A model generated the notes under the pieces. The model searched no databases and was not told where the DNA came from. It saw only the letters and a program-made list of their open reading frames with translations. The position numbers and the translations under genes are program-made. A stretch of 63,563 bases of DNA, taken from NCBI GenBank assembly GCA_934133175.1, contig CAKPAX010000006.1, positions 1-63,563 of the forward strand. Direction: 5' to 3'. Of the stretch, positions 49,422 through 60,768 are shown one piece after another (position 1 is the stretch's first letter; each line of letters starts with the position of its first letter). This DNA comes from an uncultured Clostridia bacterium. Its GTDB lineage: Bacteria > Bacillota > Clostridia > TANB77 > CAG-508.

Positions 49422-50372
49422 TTATAAATCATATCCGTGAGTTTCTGCAATTTTACAACTTGCTATATCATAGTCTATACTAATTATTTGGTTAGTAGCA
49501 GTAAAAGATTTATTTTTCTTTAAACCGTTTCCTAATTCTCCTTTAACTTTTTTTCCTGTTGTTGAACTAACATAATTTGCTCTCCATCCATCAAAATATG
49601 TTTTTACTATGTTTCCTTTTTTATCATAGAATACATATGTAGCATACATAGAAGTTAATTTAGCATTGTTTTTATTTGTATATTTAACTGTTGTTGAATA
49701 TCTGTTACCGTCTTTCTTTAATTTTTTTACTTTTGCAGTAATATTAGGGTTATATATAGATCTAGTAAAATATCTTCCTGAAACTGTTGTTTTATATGAT
49801 GCAACATTTGCATTTTTTCCAACATAGATTTTAACTTTAACTTTCCATTGTCCTCTTACATCCATATAATCGATGTCTCTTGATGTTTCACCTAATTTTT
49901 TTCCTTTTTTGTCATATAATGTTACTGTAATGCTTATATTCTTTAATTTTGTGTATGTTTGATTTTTAACATATCCTTCTACTACATAATACCCATCTTT
50001 ATCAAGATAAGCTTTTTTTATGTTTGCTTTTAAAGTAGGTGTTTGTGTAACTTTTACTTTACATTTATATTTTTTATTTCCTACTTTAGCTGTGATTGTA
50101 ACTTTACCTTTTTTTACTCCTGTTACAGTTCCGTTTTTGCTTACTTTTGCAATTTTTGAATTAGAAGATGACCATTTTACTTTCTTTTTATTATTTTGAA
50201 TTTTTAATTTGTATGTACTTCCAATTCCAATTGTAATATTTGTTTTGTTGATTTTTTTACTTGCTGCTTCTACTGTATAAGCATCTTCAAATACTGGTGC
50301 TACTACAGGAGCTACTAATAACAATGAGCAAGCAACTAATAATGCTATAAGCATTCTTTTAATTAATTTCAT
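49422..50372 (-). CDS. secreted Big_2 (Ig-like) domain protein with two FxLYD-type domains
   Basis: Signal peptide MKLIKRMLIALLVACSLLLVAPVVA. Big_2 segment KVKWSSSNSKIAKVSKNGTVTGVKKGKVTITAKV. VTLYDKKGKKLG and YVFYDKKGNIV motifs. Confidence 0.75.
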   Translation of the reverse strand: MKLIKRMLIALLVACSLLLVAPVVAPVFEDAYTVEAASKKINKTNITIGIGSTYKLKIQNNKKKVKWSSSNSKIAKVSKNGTVTGVKKGKVTITAKVGNKKYKCKVKVTQTPTLKANIKKAYLDKDGYYVVEGYVKNQTYTKLKNISITVTLYDKKGKKLGETSRDIDYMDVRGQWKVKVKIYVGKNANVASYKTTVSGRYFTRSIYNPNITAKVKKLKKDGNRYSTTVKYTNKNNAKLTSMYATYVFYDKKGNIVKTYFDGWRANYVSSTTGKKVKGELGNGLKKNKSFTATNQIISIDYDIASCKIAETHGYDL

Positions 50373-50460
50373 AAATTTTCCTCCTTTTATTTTTTTACAA
50401 AAAGTATTATATATTAATAAAATTTAATTGTCAATATTTAAACCCTCTAATATCTTATTT

Positions 50461-50961
50461 TTATACAAGGGCTGATGTAACGTGGAAGACATCAATTTTA
50501 TCTTTTAATAATATATTTGATTCTCTTAAAATTCTATGATCATCATCTAATAACATTACATGATTATACTCATTTAACTTTTCTTGTATTTTTAAAGGTT
50601 TTATTTTATTTCTATTTTCACTAGTATAATCCCCATTTTCTTTTGTTAGTATTATCCAATTTTCTTTTGGAATAAAACCAACATATTTAGCAAGCCATAA
50701 TTCTTTTTCATATGAAATTTTATTACTTTTAGATAATGATAAAATATATAAATCTATATTAGGTATTTTGCTAATATCTTTTAAAACATCTATAACTTCT
50801 ACTATAGGTTCTGCCTTGCAATAATTATCTCCCATTTGTTTTAAAATTTTATCATCAGAGTATACTGTATACTCATTAATAGTACCATCCATATCTATAA
50901 ACATTGCTACTTTGTTATTGTTTTCACATATTTGCTCTATTTTTCCTAAAAACTTTTTCAC
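50461..50961 (-). CDS. HAD-superfamily phosphatase (5'(3')-deoxyribonucleotidase-like)
   Basis: MFIDMDGTINEY (DxDG motif I), ILSLS (motif II), MLLDDDHRIL (motif IV). Confidence 0.6.
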   Translation of the reverse strand: MKKFLGKIEQICENNNKVAMFIDMDGTINEYTVYSDDKILKQMGDNYCKAEPIVEVIDVLKDISKIPNIDLYILSLSKSNKISYEKELWLAKYVGFIPKENWIILTKENGDYTSENRNKIKPLKIQEKLNEYNHVMLLDDDHRILRESNILLKDKIDVFHVTSALV

Positions 50962-50988
50962 TTTTATAAAAATTCCCTCCTATCAAAA

Positions 50989-51885
50989 TTATCTTGTTTG
51001 TTGTTCTTCATTAACATGTTGTTTTTCGGTTTCATATAATTCTTCCCATTCGCTTAATTTACTTAATAAATTCGGAGCTTTATTAGAAAAAATCTCACAC
51101 ACTAAATCATGTTTTGTTGCATAATCATCAACAGCATCTTTTATGTAATTTTCTCTTCCATATAATATAGCATCTATAGGGCTTTCAAATTCTTTTCCTT
51201 CAGTAGAATATATTTGATGTGGTTTCCCATTTTCATCTTTTTTTCCTCTACGATAAACTTCTGCCCTATCAAATAAATTTTGTTTTAATAATTCATTTAA
51301 AGTAACTACAAATTTATCATATGATTCATCATGAATTTCTTTTGAAACCCATCTTCCATTATTATTTTGCATCAAGTCTGTTGCATATCGCAATAATGTA
51401 GAACCATAACTTTCTAATTTAGGTACAGCCATTAAACCTAAATCTACTTCGTAATTAGCATCTTTAAATTCTTTAGCTATTTCAACAAAAACTTTAGTTC
51501 CTCTCATTGTTCCTTCATAAATCAAATTCAAATTATTATCTCTGCAATAATGTCTTAGGTCTTCATTAGCTCTGTCTGCATCTGGCAGTAATGCTAAATG
51601 AACATCTTCTGGAACTTCTCTACTTGCTTGATTAAATTTAGGATGCATAGCTCTTACCATATCATAATCAGATATTACCGCATTATATTGAAGTTTATCA
51701 TTTATAACTGGAATTAGTTTTGATTTTCCAGCACCTGCTTGTCCAGCAACAAATACCAATTTGGGATTTTCTACAGGTTTTTTACCTGTTGTAAAAAATA
51801 AGTTAACTGCTTTATAGTATTCTTCATATTCCTCTTTTGTAAGTTTATATTTTTCTTGTAATATCTTTATTGCTTCTTTATTCAT
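50989..51885 (-). CDS. zeta-toxin-family P-loop kinase
   Basis: LVFVAGQAGAGKSKL (Walker A), ISDYDMVRAMHP, IYEGTMRG. Size and layout match zeta/PezT toxins. Confidence 0.8.
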   Translation of the reverse strand: MNKEAIKILQEKYKLTKEEYEEYYKAVNLFFTTGKKPVENPKLVFVAGQAGAGKSKLIPVINDKLQYNAVISDYDMVRAMHPKFNQASREVPEDVHLALLPDADRANEDLRHYCRDNNLNLIYEGTMRGTKVFVEIAKEFKDANYEVDLGLMAVPKLESYGSTLLRYATDLMQNNNGRWVSKEIHDESYDKFVVTLNELLKQNLFDRAEVYRRGKKDENGKPHQIYSTEGKEFESPIDAILYGRENYIKDAVDDYATKHDLVCEIFSNKAPNLLSKLSEWEELYETEKQHVNEEQQTR

Positions 51886-52075
51886 TTTTTAACTCTCCTA
51901 CATATTTTTTTATTATCTCTTTATTCCCTTTATCTAATTCATCTCTATCTTTAATTAACTGTTTTATTTTTTCTTTATTATTATTATTTATAATTTCATA
52001 TTTCATTTCTTTAGCCAGGTTTTCTCTAGCAATTTCTAATCCAACCTCATTTATAATATACTCTTTTTTATCCAT
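51878..52075 (-). CDS. 65-aa helical K/E-rich protein, putative cognate antitoxin
   Basis: Overlaps the zeta gene start by 8 nt, the typical type II TA arrangement. No recognisable DNA-binding motif. Confidence 0.5.
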   Translation of the reverse strand: MDKKEYIINEVGLEIARENLAKEMKYEIINNNNKEKIKQLIKDRDELDKGNKEIIKKYVGELKNE

Positions 52076-52128
52076 CTGTGCTCCTTTCTTGGCAAATTAT
52101 AACATTTAATTATAATAAAATCATGTAA

Positions 52129-53295
52129 TTAATCTCTATTAAACAAATCCCTAGTATAAACTTTATATTCTACATCTTCTATTTCTCTATTTAAACGATT
52201 TGTAATTATTATATCACTTAAACATTTAAATTTCTCTAAATTTTTAACAATTTTTACACCATTAAAAGTTTCTTCGTTAATTGATGGCTCATACAACACA
52301 ACTTTAATATTTTCTTTTTGTATTTTTTGCATAACATTATTTATTGCGCTTGATCTAAAGTTGTCTGAATTACTTTTCATTATAAGTCTATAAATTCCAA
52401 CCGTCTTTGGTTTTTTTGATATTACTTTTTTTGCTATATAGCACTTTCTTGTTTCATTACTTTGTATTATAGCACTTATTAAATTTTGTGGTATATCTTT
52501 AAAATTTGCTTTTAATTGTTTTGTATCTTTAGGTAGGCAATAACCTCCATATCCAAAAGAAGGATTATTATAATAATTTCCTATTCTTTTATCTAAACAT
52601 ACTCCATCAATTATATCTTTAACATTTAATCCTTTAATTTCTGCATATGTATCCAACTCATTAAAAAACGCAATCCTTAAAGCTAAGTATGTATTAGAAA
52701 AAAGCTTTACTGCCTCAGCTTCTGTGCTACCCATATATTTGATTTCAACATCCTTTTTTAAACATGCATTTTTTAAGATTTCTGCAAATTGTTCTGCTTT
52801 TTCACTTTTCTCTCCTATAATAATTCTAGATGGATATAAATTATCGTATAAAGCTTTTCCTTCTCTTAAAAATTCTGGTGAAAACATAATATTATTTATT
52901 TTATATTTTTCTTTTACTTTCTCAGTAAATCCAACTGGTACAGTAGATTTTATTATCATTGTTGTATTTAATTTCATATTAGTTACTTTTTTTATTATAT
53001 CTTCCACAGATGAAGTATCAAAGGTGTTTTTTTCCTCATCATAATTAGTCGGAGTGCAAATTATAATAAATTCTGCACCTAAATATGCCTCTTTATAGTC
53101 TAAAGTTGCTTTTAAGTTCAATTTATATTTCATAAAATATTCTTCTATTTTTTCATCTTTGATTGGTGATTTTTTATTATTTATCATCTCTACTTTTTTA
53201 GGATTTATATCTAATGCAACCACTTCATATTGTTTACTTAATAAGGTTGCAAGAGATAATCCAACATAACCAATGCCAACTATTGCTATTTTCAT
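52129..53295 (-). CDS. ugd: UDP-glucose 6-dehydrogenase
   Basis: MKIAIVGIGYVGLS, EFLREGKALYD, GYGGYCLPKDTKQL (catalytic Cys). 388 aa. Confidence 0.85.
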   Translation of the reverse strand: MKIAIVGIGYVGLSLATLLSKQYEVVALDINPKKVEMINNKKSPIKDEKIEEYFMKYKLNLKATLDYKEAYLGAEFIIICTPTNYDEEKNTFDTSSVEDIIKKVTNMKLNTTMIIKSTVPVGFTEKVKEKYKINNIMFSPEFLREGKALYDNLYPSRIIIGEKSEKAEQFAEILKNACLKKDVEIKYMGSTEAEAVKLFSNTYLALRIAFFNELDTYAEIKGLNVKDIIDGVCLDKRIGNYYNNPSFGYGGYCLPKDTKQLKANFKDIPQNLISAIIQSNETRKCYIAKKVISKKPKTVGIYRLIMKSNSDNFRSSAINNVMQKIQKENIKVVLYEPSINEETFNGVKIVKNLEKFKCLSDIIITNRLNREIEDVEYKVYTRDLFNRD

Positions 53296-53350
53296 TTTTA
53301 CCTTCTTTTACATTTATTTATATTTTCAGTTTTATATTATTTTTATCATC

Positions 53351-55660
53351 TTACACATTTTCATTTAAATCTAATATTTTATTATACCAATAATTTATTT
53401 GTTCATTTTCTAAAATTATATCATTTCCAGATATTTGTGTAATTAAATTAGATATTGCCTGATTTTTTAATTTAATTCCACCTGTATCAACTTTAGAAAA
53501 ATTATCATTTTCTGTATAATACCTATAAAAGCCTTCTATATTTCTCAATACAGCATCAATATTTTGTTTTTTTAAATTTATTATAACCAAATGACTATAT
53601 TTATTTAAAATATCAAAATTATTTTTGTACTTTTCATCTTTAACATATAATGTTATATATTTTTCTAATGCGATCATATCATGCTCTTTATATGCATTTT
53701 TTATCATTTCGTATTTAAATTTATCAGAATATTTACATAAATTATATGCATTTTCATAATTTTTCTGCTTTGCTAAATAATCTGCATAACATCTTGGAAT
53801 TGTTAAAGTTAAAATAGCTGTTATTAATATTATTACAACATAATCACTAATATTTATGTTGTTTTTTTCGTCTTCTTCTATTTTTTTGTCTTTATAATTT
53901 AAAATTGCAATACTCATGTAATAAATACCTAATGTTACTAAATAATTCATATCATAATCAATTATTGCATGCACACTAAACAATAATATTCCAAATAGAA
54001 TTGAAATATCTAACACAATATTATCAATATCTTCTTTTTTACAATTTTTAATTACTTTATATAGATTATAAATTGTTATTACTAATATTAAAATATATAT
54101 TCCCAAACCAAATATACCATAATTTAATAATAAATCCAAAATATAGCTATGTGATTCTCTATTATATCCATGTACATATGTTTGATATGGCGTTATATGA
54201 TTTGAAAAAGTACAACCACCAGCACCAAATATTAAATGATTTTGAGCTAATTTCAAAGAATCTTTACAAAATGCAATTCTTTCATATATACTTACTGTTC
54301 TAAAATTTAATGTTCTAAACATTCTTATTACATCATTTGGCAAATATTTATATTTTACTATATATTCTTTATTATTTAAATAAATATGGTTAATAATAAC
54401 TTCTTCATTTTCACCTCTTAAACCAGATACACACATATACATTCTTTCAAAATCTTGATTTGTTTTAATATCAAATTCTAAGTTTTGTTTTCCTCTTTGT
54501 AAGCTAATTTCCTTAACATCTTCATATATTCTTTGACTTGTTGAACTATTTATAATCAATTTTACTTCATTATTTTCCTTTGTATTTACATTTAAATTTA
54601 TTTTTATATTATAATTTTCATTATTCTTTAATCCTAGTAATTGTATTGTTTTTCCTTGGCTTAAATTAACTGTTTCCCCTATATCTTTTACCACTATAAA
54701 ATATGTAATTAACAATAATACCATAATAAATATTACTATTAATAACTTCTTTTTATTTATTTTAAATTTAACCTTAGCCATTATTTTATTAGTTATTAAA
54801 TTTAACAAATATACTATTATTAAATTACAAGCAAATATTAACCATAAAATAAAATTACTAATTACAATTTTATTACATATTGCGTAAAATATCAAAGCAA
54901 TTATTACATTTTCTCCAATTGTTACTATAGCTTGTAATCTTTTATAATTATTATTCAAAATTAATAAATATATTATAAAAATTATAGGATACATAACCAT
55001 TAATGCTCTAGAATTTCCAAATACAAATCCTATCATTGCTATTTGTATATAACTTGAATATAATGCTTTTAAATATTTATTTTCCACGCTTAAATATCTT
55101 CCTAAAGCAAAAAAAGATAAAAGTGACATATATGCTGCAAGTGGATTGCTATAACCTATTATAGATACCATTCCATATGCATTAGATTTTGCACTATTTA
55201 TAAATTCTAAAAAATTTTCAAACACATTAAAATACAACTTATCTAATCCAAATATTATTATTAGTATTGAGGATATTAATGTTACATCTATTACTAAATT
55301 TATTTCTTTTTTAGATTTTAATAAATTTCTTGCTAATATATATATTACATATACACATAAAAATTCTATAGCGTAATTTATTGTATCATTTAAAGAATAA
55401 TAACTTTTTATTACTAACGGTATAAATGTTGTAACTACAAAAAATAGCATTGCAATATCTATTTTTCCTTTAATTATTATATTTTTTTTATTTTTAATTT
55501 TTTGTATTATTATATAAGATAATCCTATTAATAATATTATTGTTTCTAATTTTGTTTTTGGCTCTTGATGATTTGAGCCAATAAAAAGATTTAACATTGC
55601 TATTATTATACATAGTAATATTAAATATATTTTATCCATTTTATTTTTTATATTTTTCAT
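53351..55660 (-). CDS. O-antigen polymerase/ligase-like (Wzy-type) polytopic membrane protein with long extra domains
   Basis: More than 10 TM segments. Central soluble insert of about 130 aa and a ~140-aa soluble C-terminal tail. Sits inside a polysaccharide locus. Confidence 0.6.
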   Translation of the reverse strand: MKNIKNKMDKIYLILLCIIIAMLNLFIGSNHQEPKTKLETIILLIGLSYIIIQKIKNKKNIIIKGKIDIAMLFFVVTTFIPLVIKSYYSLNDTINYAIEFLCVYVIYILARNLLKSKKEINLVIDVTLISSILIIIFGLDKLYFNVFENFLEFINSAKSNAYGMVSIIGYSNPLAAYMSLLSFFALGRYLSVENKYLKALYSSYIQIAMIGFVFGNSRALMVMYPIIFIIYLLILNNNYKRLQAIVTIGENVIIALIFYAICNKIVISNFILWLIFACNLIIVYLLNLITNKIMAKVKFKINKKKLLIVIFIMVLLLITYFIVVKDIGETVNLSQGKTIQLLGLKNNENYNIKINLNVNTKENNEVKLIINSSTSQRIYEDVKEISLQRGKQNLEFDIKTNQDFERMYMCVSGLRGENEEVIINHIYLNNKEYIVKYKYLPNDVIRMFRTLNFRTVSIYERIAFCKDSLKLAQNHLIFGAGGCTFSNHITPYQTYVHGYNRESHSYILDLLLNYGIFGLGIYILILVITIYNLYKVIKNCKKEDIDNIVLDISILFGILLFSVHAIIDYDMNYLVTLGIYYMSIAILNYKDKKIEEDEKNNINISDYVVIILITAILTLTIPRCYADYLAKQKNYENAYNLCKYSDKFKYEMIKNAYKEHDMIALEKYITLYVKDEKYKNNFDILNKYSHLVIINLKKQNIDAVLRNIEGFYRYYTENDNFSKVDTGGIKLKNQAISNLITQISGNDIILENEQINYWYNKILDLNENV

Positions 55661-55692
55661 AATTTACCCCATTTATTATAATTAATTATATA

Positions 55693-56463
55693 TTATTTTA
55701 AAAAATATATTCTTTTCTTTATTGCATTAAATACATAACCAGTAAAACACCAACAAGATTTTAAAAAAGGTAATTTTTCAATTTTTCTATATAAATACCA
55801 TGTTCCTTTAACAGACTTAAATTTATTACTTGATAATGACTTACTATAACACCTGTAATAGCTTAACACCTCTGGAACTCTATAACAAAAATAACCTGAC
55901 TTTAAAATTTGGCACCAAGTTGCTGCATCTTGTCTTCTTCTTAAATTTGGCATTTCTAATAATTTTTTATTTATATATTTTGTATCTATCATAACACCAA
56001 CTGTTTGTATTATAGTATTTCTTATGTATAATTCATAATTTATTTTTTCTGGCATTTTTATAATTTTTTTCAAACTACTTCCATTTTCTTTTATTTTTTC
56101 ATAATCTGTACAAGTAAAATAATAATTGTTTTTTACCATATAATTTATTTGTTTTTCTAATTTGTCATTTTTCCATTTATCATCCGCATCTAAATATGCT
56201 ATAAATCTTCCTTTAGACATATTTAAAGCTTTATTTCTTGCAATAGCTGTTCCACTATTTTGTTCTAATTTATAATATTTTATTTTGTCATTTTCTTTTG
56301 CATATTGCTTTATTATTTCTAACGAATTATCTGTTGATTTATCATCCACCAGTATCAATTCATAATTTTGATATGTTTGTTTTTGAACACTTTCAATTGT
56401 TTGTTTTAAATATTTTTCTGCATTATATACTGGTGTAATTATTGAAACTAATTCATTTTGCAT
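55693..56463 (-). CDS. family-2 glycosyltransferase
   Basis: VSIITPVYNAEKYLKQTIESVQKQTYQNYELILVDDKSTDNS...YLDADD. Confidence 0.88.
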   Translation of the reverse strand: MQNELVSIITPVYNAEKYLKQTIESVQKQTYQNYELILVDDKSTDNSLEIIKQYAKENDKIKYYKLEQNSGTAIARNKALNMSKGRFIAYLDADDKWKNDKLEKQINYMVKNNYYFTCTDYEKIKENGSSLKKIIKMPEKINYELYIRNTIIQTVGVMIDTKYINKKLLEMPNLRRRQDAATWCQILKSGYFCYRVPEVLSYYRCYSKSLSSNKFKSVKGTWYLYRKIEKLPFLKSCWCFTGYVFNAIKKRIYFLK

Positions 56464-56489
56464 ATTTTACCTCATTTACTTTTATTTTT

Positions 56490-57389
56490 CTATTTTTTTA
56501 TCTCAAAAAATTTTTTTATTTGATATTTAAAAGATGTTATAAAGATCTTTATATATTGACATATAAAATATAAATACGCAAGCCATCTTTTTTTACACAA
56601 TTTTTTTAAATATATAATATGCAATCTAGGAATTTGATATTTTATATTATGTTTTAATTTTATCCTTTTTATTGGTGATAAACTTTCATCATTACATGTG
56701 TTTTTTTTACTATTTTGACTACAATATCCTACATATTTACTAGCTAAAAAACATTTTCCACCTAAATCTATTAATTCAAGTCCATACATATAGTCTCCTT
56801 CTTCATGAATAAATCTTTCATCAACATTTCCCACACATTTCGCAACTTCTTTATTAATAAACATACAATTACCATTTATCAAATTACACTCTTGAACCTG
56901 TGAATTAGGCTTAAGAAGAACCTTAAAATAAGTTTTAATCTTCTTTAAATTCATTTTACGTGCACCATAAGTTACTTCACCTGTTACTTTATCTTTAGTA
57001 GCACCTGTTATTAAAAAATTATCATATTTACTTTTTAAAAAATTATAATCTTTCATTAAAGTATCTAAAAAATCTTCAAAAAATTCTACATCATCATTAA
57101 CCCACAAATAATAATCAATATTATCATTTTGTAAAGCTTTTCCATAAGAAATTCTCATTCCTCCACACCAATATTGATTTCCGTCTGCCTTACTTATTAT
57201 AAATGTATAATTTTTATATTTTTCTTTTATTTCTTCTAACATTATATCAGTTCCATCTGTACTTCCATCATCTGTTATATAAAAATATAAATCAAATTTT
57301 TCTTTATTTGCTTTTATAATACTTTCAATTCCAGCTTTCGTTACATTTTTTCTATTTCTTACTGTCATTATAATTGCAATTTTTTCCAT
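56490..57389 (-). CDS. family-2-like glycosyltransferase
   Basis: IAIIMTVRNRKNVTKAGIESI...YITDDGSTDGT...WVNDDVEF. Confidence 0.75.
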   Translation of the reverse strand: MEKIAIIMTVRNRKNVTKAGIESIIKANKEKFDLYFYITDDGSTDGTDIMLEEIKEKYKNYTFIISKADGNQYWCGGMRISYGKALQNDNIDYYLWVNDDVEFFEDFLDTLMKDYNFLKSKYDNFLITGATKDKVTGEVTYGARKMNLKKIKTYFKVLLKPNSQVQECNLINGNCMFINKEVAKCVGNVDERFIHEEGDYMYGLELIDLGGKCFLASKYVGYCSQNSKKNTCNDESLSPIKRIKLKHNIKYQIPRLHIIYLKKLCKKRWLAYLYFICQYIKIFITSFKYQIKKFFEIKK

Positions 57390-57405
57390 GTTTTCTCCAA
57401 TCTTT

Positions 57406-58458
57406 TTAAAATTTTAACTTATTTAAAATTGCTTCTTGCTTTACAATTTTTCTATCATGTGTTGCCATTATGTTTATTAATTCTTCATAACTTGTCTTTT
57501 TCGGATTCCACCCTAATTCAGTAATTGCTTTTGTTGGATTTCCTAATAAATTTACAACATCTGTTGGTCTAAAGATTTTTGAATTTACACATACCATCAT
57601 TTTACCCGTTTTAACATCATATCCTTTTTCATTTAAGCCTTTTCCTTCCCAACGAATTGATATTCCATTAGCTTTAAATACTTTTTCGGTAAAATCACGT
57701 ACTGTATGCTGTTCTCCTGTTGCAATTACAAAATCATCAGGTTTTTCATGTTGTAAAATAAGCCACATACATTCAACATAGTCTTTAGCATATCCCCAAT
57801 CTCTTAAAGAATCTAAATTTCCTAATTCTAAATATTCTTGTAATCCTTCTGCTATTCTTGCTGTAGCCAATGTTATTTTACGTGTAACAAAATTTTCTCC
57901 TCTACGTTCAGATTCATGATTAAACAAAATTCCATTGCACGCAAACATATTATATGCTTCTCTATATTGTTTTACCATCCAATATCCATATTGTTTTGCT
58001 ATGGCATATGGGCTATATGGATAAAATGGTGTATTTTCATCTTGCGGACTATTTTTTACTTTTCCATATAACTCAGAAGTTGATGCCTGATAAATTTTAC
58101 AAGTTTTTTCTAATTGCAAAATACGAACTGCTTCCAATATTCTTAAAACACCCAAGGCATCTATATTAGATGTATATTCAGGAACCTCAAAACTTGTTCC
58201 AACATGACTTTGTGCTGCTAAATTATATATTTCGTCTGGATTTACTTCTTTAATAATTCTTATAATATTTATTGAATCTAACAAATCTCCTTCATGTAAT
58301 ACTATGGAATTATTTTTAATTAAATGTTCTATTCTTTCTGTATTAGATGTAGAAGCCCTTCTAATAATTCCATGAACTTCATATCCTTTTTCTAACAAAA
58401 ACTCAGCCAAATAAGATCCATCTTGTCCAGTAATTCCAGTTATTAATGCTTTTTTCAT
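57406..58458 (-). CDS. gmd: GDP-mannose 4,6-dehydratase
   Basis: [58 protein letters not shown]. Confidence 0.95.
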   Translation of the reverse strand: MKKALITGITGQDGSYLAEFLLEKGYEVHGIIRRASTSNTERIEHLIKNNSIVLHEGDLLDSINIIRIIKEVNPDEIYNLAAQSHVGTSFEVPEYTSNIDALGVLRILEAVRILQLEKTCKIYQASTSELYGKVKNSPQDENTPFYPYSPYAIAKQYGYWMVKQYREAYNMFACNGILFNHESERRGENFVTRKITLATARIAEGLQEYLELGNLDSLRDWGYAKDYVECMWLILQHEKPDDFVIATGEQHTVRDFTEKVFKANGISIRWEGKGLNEKGYDVKTGKMMVCVNSKIFRPTDVVNLLGNPTKAITELGWNPKKTSYEELINIMATHDRKIVKQEAILNKLKF

Positions 58459-58541
58459 ATTTTATTTATCATATAATGAAATTCATTATATGTTCCCCCT
58501 TTCTTTAATTTCTTAATATTCAAAAATTATTTTAATTATTT

Positions 58542-59708
58542 TTATATATTATTTACTTTATCCTTTAAAACCTCTTTATAAATAGAAAAAACTTTATTAG
58601 AGTTTTTAACAGCATCAAAATTTTCTAACGCAAATTTTTCTGCATTTATGGACATTCTTTTTCTGTTTTCTATATCATCTACAAGATTTAAAAGTTTATT
58701 TTCAAAATCTGAAAAATCACTATTAAATAAATATCCTGTAACATTATCTTGTATTAATTCATTAATTCCACCAATATTAGAGCCAATAGATACCTTTCCC
58801 ATGGCACTAGTTTCTATTATACTTCTAGCAAAATGAGGTTTAATAAATGGAACGATATTAATATCAGATGATGAAATTATTTCAGGTACATCACTTCTAA
58901 ATGGAATTATATGTATATTTTTATATTTTTTTGAAATTCCCACAACATTTTTAACATATTTATTAGTATTATTTTTTAATCCTACTATACAAAAATGAAT
59001 ATCATTTCTAGTTTCAAGTATTTTTTTTGCATTATTAATTAATTCTATAGTTCCATTTTCTTTGCTAATTCTTGCCAAATAAAGACATATTACATCATTT
59101 TCGCTAATATTTAATTCCTTCCTTAAAACTAAAGATTTTATTGTAGAATTATATTTTTTTAAATCAACAAAATTATATATTATATCAATTTTCTTATTTG
59201 TTTTCATAGATTCTGCATCATATTTATCTATTGCAATATATCTATTAACATATTTATTATTATTTTTTCTAAGAATATTACCCCAAAATCCATCTAATAA
59301 CGGTTCTCTTACATGACAAATAATAGGAATATCTTTATTACATTTTCTTATTGCTTTTGCACACATAAATAAACATGTACTATTAAGATGGACAATATCA
59401 GGTTTTATTTTATTATAAACTTTTTTTGTAATAAAATAAGTACTAAAACGATATATTAAATTACGTATTATTTTTTTTAAAGATATTCCTGAAACAGTAC
59501 TTCCATGCCAAGCACCTAAACCTCTTTCATAAATTACATTTGCCCCAACACTTCCAAACAACTTAGAACAACCATCATAATCTTGACCCACTAAAACATA
59601 TGGTTCATATTTATTTTTATCTAATTTTTCAATTAAAAAAGCTAAGCTTCGTGGTGATCCAGCTAATGCACCAGAATGATGAATATACAATATTTTTATT
59701 TTTTTCAT
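58542..59708 (-). CDS. family-4 (GT-B) glycosyltransferase
   Basis: ILYIHHSGALAGSPRS N-terminus. C-terminal E-x7-E-type region ETSAMGKVSIGSNIGGINELIQDNVTGYL. Confidence 0.8.
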   Translation of the reverse strand: MKKIKILYIHHSGALAGSPRSLAFLIEKLDKNKYEPYVLVGQDYDGCSKLFGSVGANVIYERGLGAWHGSTVSGISLKKIIRNLIYRFSTYFITKKVYNKIKPDIVHLNSTCLFMCAKAIRKCNKDIPIICHVREPLLDGFWGNILRKNNNKYVNRYIAIDKYDAESMKTNKKIDIIYNFVDLKKYNSTIKSLVLRKELNISENDVICLYLARISKENGTIELINNAKKILETRNDIHFCIVGLKNNTNKYVKNVVGISKKYKNIHIIPFRSDVPEIISSSDINIVPFIKPHFARSIIETSAMGKVSIGSNIGGINELIQDNVTGYLFNSDFSDFENKLLNLVDDIENRKRMSINAEKFALENFDAVKNSNKVFSIYKEVLKDKVNNI

Positions 59709-59749
59709 AAATTTTCTTCTCCGTATACTAATATTTTTACTTATATATG

Positions 59750-60748
59750 TTAATTATATTGCTCTAAATTTTCAACATATTTTTTTATATAACTAGATTG
59801 TTCTTTGTTTGTTACAATTATACCATTTTTACTTGCTGCAACAATAATATCTTCTGTACCCATACATAATATTGGAATATCAAGTTCATTTATAATATTA
59901 GTATTTTTACAGGAATCACTTCGAATACCCTTTCCTATAATATTATCTCCTATAGTTTCTACTAATGTATTCCAGGTTCCTATATCTTTCCAGTTTCCAT
60001 CAAACCTCATTACTTGAATTTGTTTTTCTTTTTCTAATACTGCATAATCAAAACTTATATTTTCCAATTTTTCAAATTTATTTTGTAAATCATAATAATC
60101 TTTAAAATTTATCATTTTATGTGCTAAATTTAATAAATATTCTATCTTAAAGGCTAAAATACCACCATTCCATAATGCACCATTTTTAATATATTCCTTA
60201 GCTTTTTCTTCTGTTGGTTTTTCTTTAAATTCTTGTACTTCCGATATTTTACATTTTATATTTTCAGGAATAATATAACCATATTTAGAACTTGGATATG
60301 TAGGAACTATCCCCATTAAATTTATATTAGCTTTACTTTTTAAAGACACTTCATATAAATCTTTTAATGCCAAAAAATATTCATCATCTACAGAAGAATC
60401 TACAGGGCATACTATAATAGTTTCACTTTTATCAATTTTTTTTACATCATATAAATATGATACAGCAAGTACAATCGCAGGGAAGGTATCCTTTTTACAA
60501 GGTTCTATTGACAAATCAACATTTTCACCAATTTGTTCTTTTATAATTGGAACTTGCTCTTTTGAAGTTGCTATTGTTATTTGCGAAATAGAATCTAGTT
60601 TTTTAATTTTATTATATATATTCTCAATCATAGATATATATTTTCCATCATTATTTTTTAATAATTTAATAAATTGTTTTGCCCTAACTCCATTTGAAAG
60701 TGGCCATAATCTTTTTCCAGATCCACCTGATAATAAAATTACATTCAT
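59750..60748 (-). CDS. manC: mannose-1-phosphate guanylyltransferase (short form, no PMI domain)
   Basis: MNVILLSGGSGKRLWPLSNGVRAKQF, typical NTP-transferase fold length. Confidence 0.85.
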   Translation of the reverse strand: MNVILLSGGSGKRLWPLSNGVRAKQFIKLLKNNDGKYISMIENIYNKIKKLDSISQITIATSKEQVPIIKEQIGENVDLSIEPCKKDTFPAIVLAVSYLYDVKKIDKSETIIVCPVDSSVDDEYFLALKDLYEVSLKSKANINLMGIVPTYPSSKYGYIIPENIKCKISEVQEFKEKPTEEKAKEYIKNGALWNGGILAFKIEYLLNLAHKMINFKDYYDLQNKFEKLENISFDYAVLEKEKQIQVMRFDGNWKDIGTWNTLVETIGDNIIGKGIRSDSCKNTNIINELDIPILCMGTEDIIVAASKNGIIVTNKEQSSYIKKYVENLEQYN

Positions 60749-60768
60749 TTAACTTTTTCACTTCCTCT

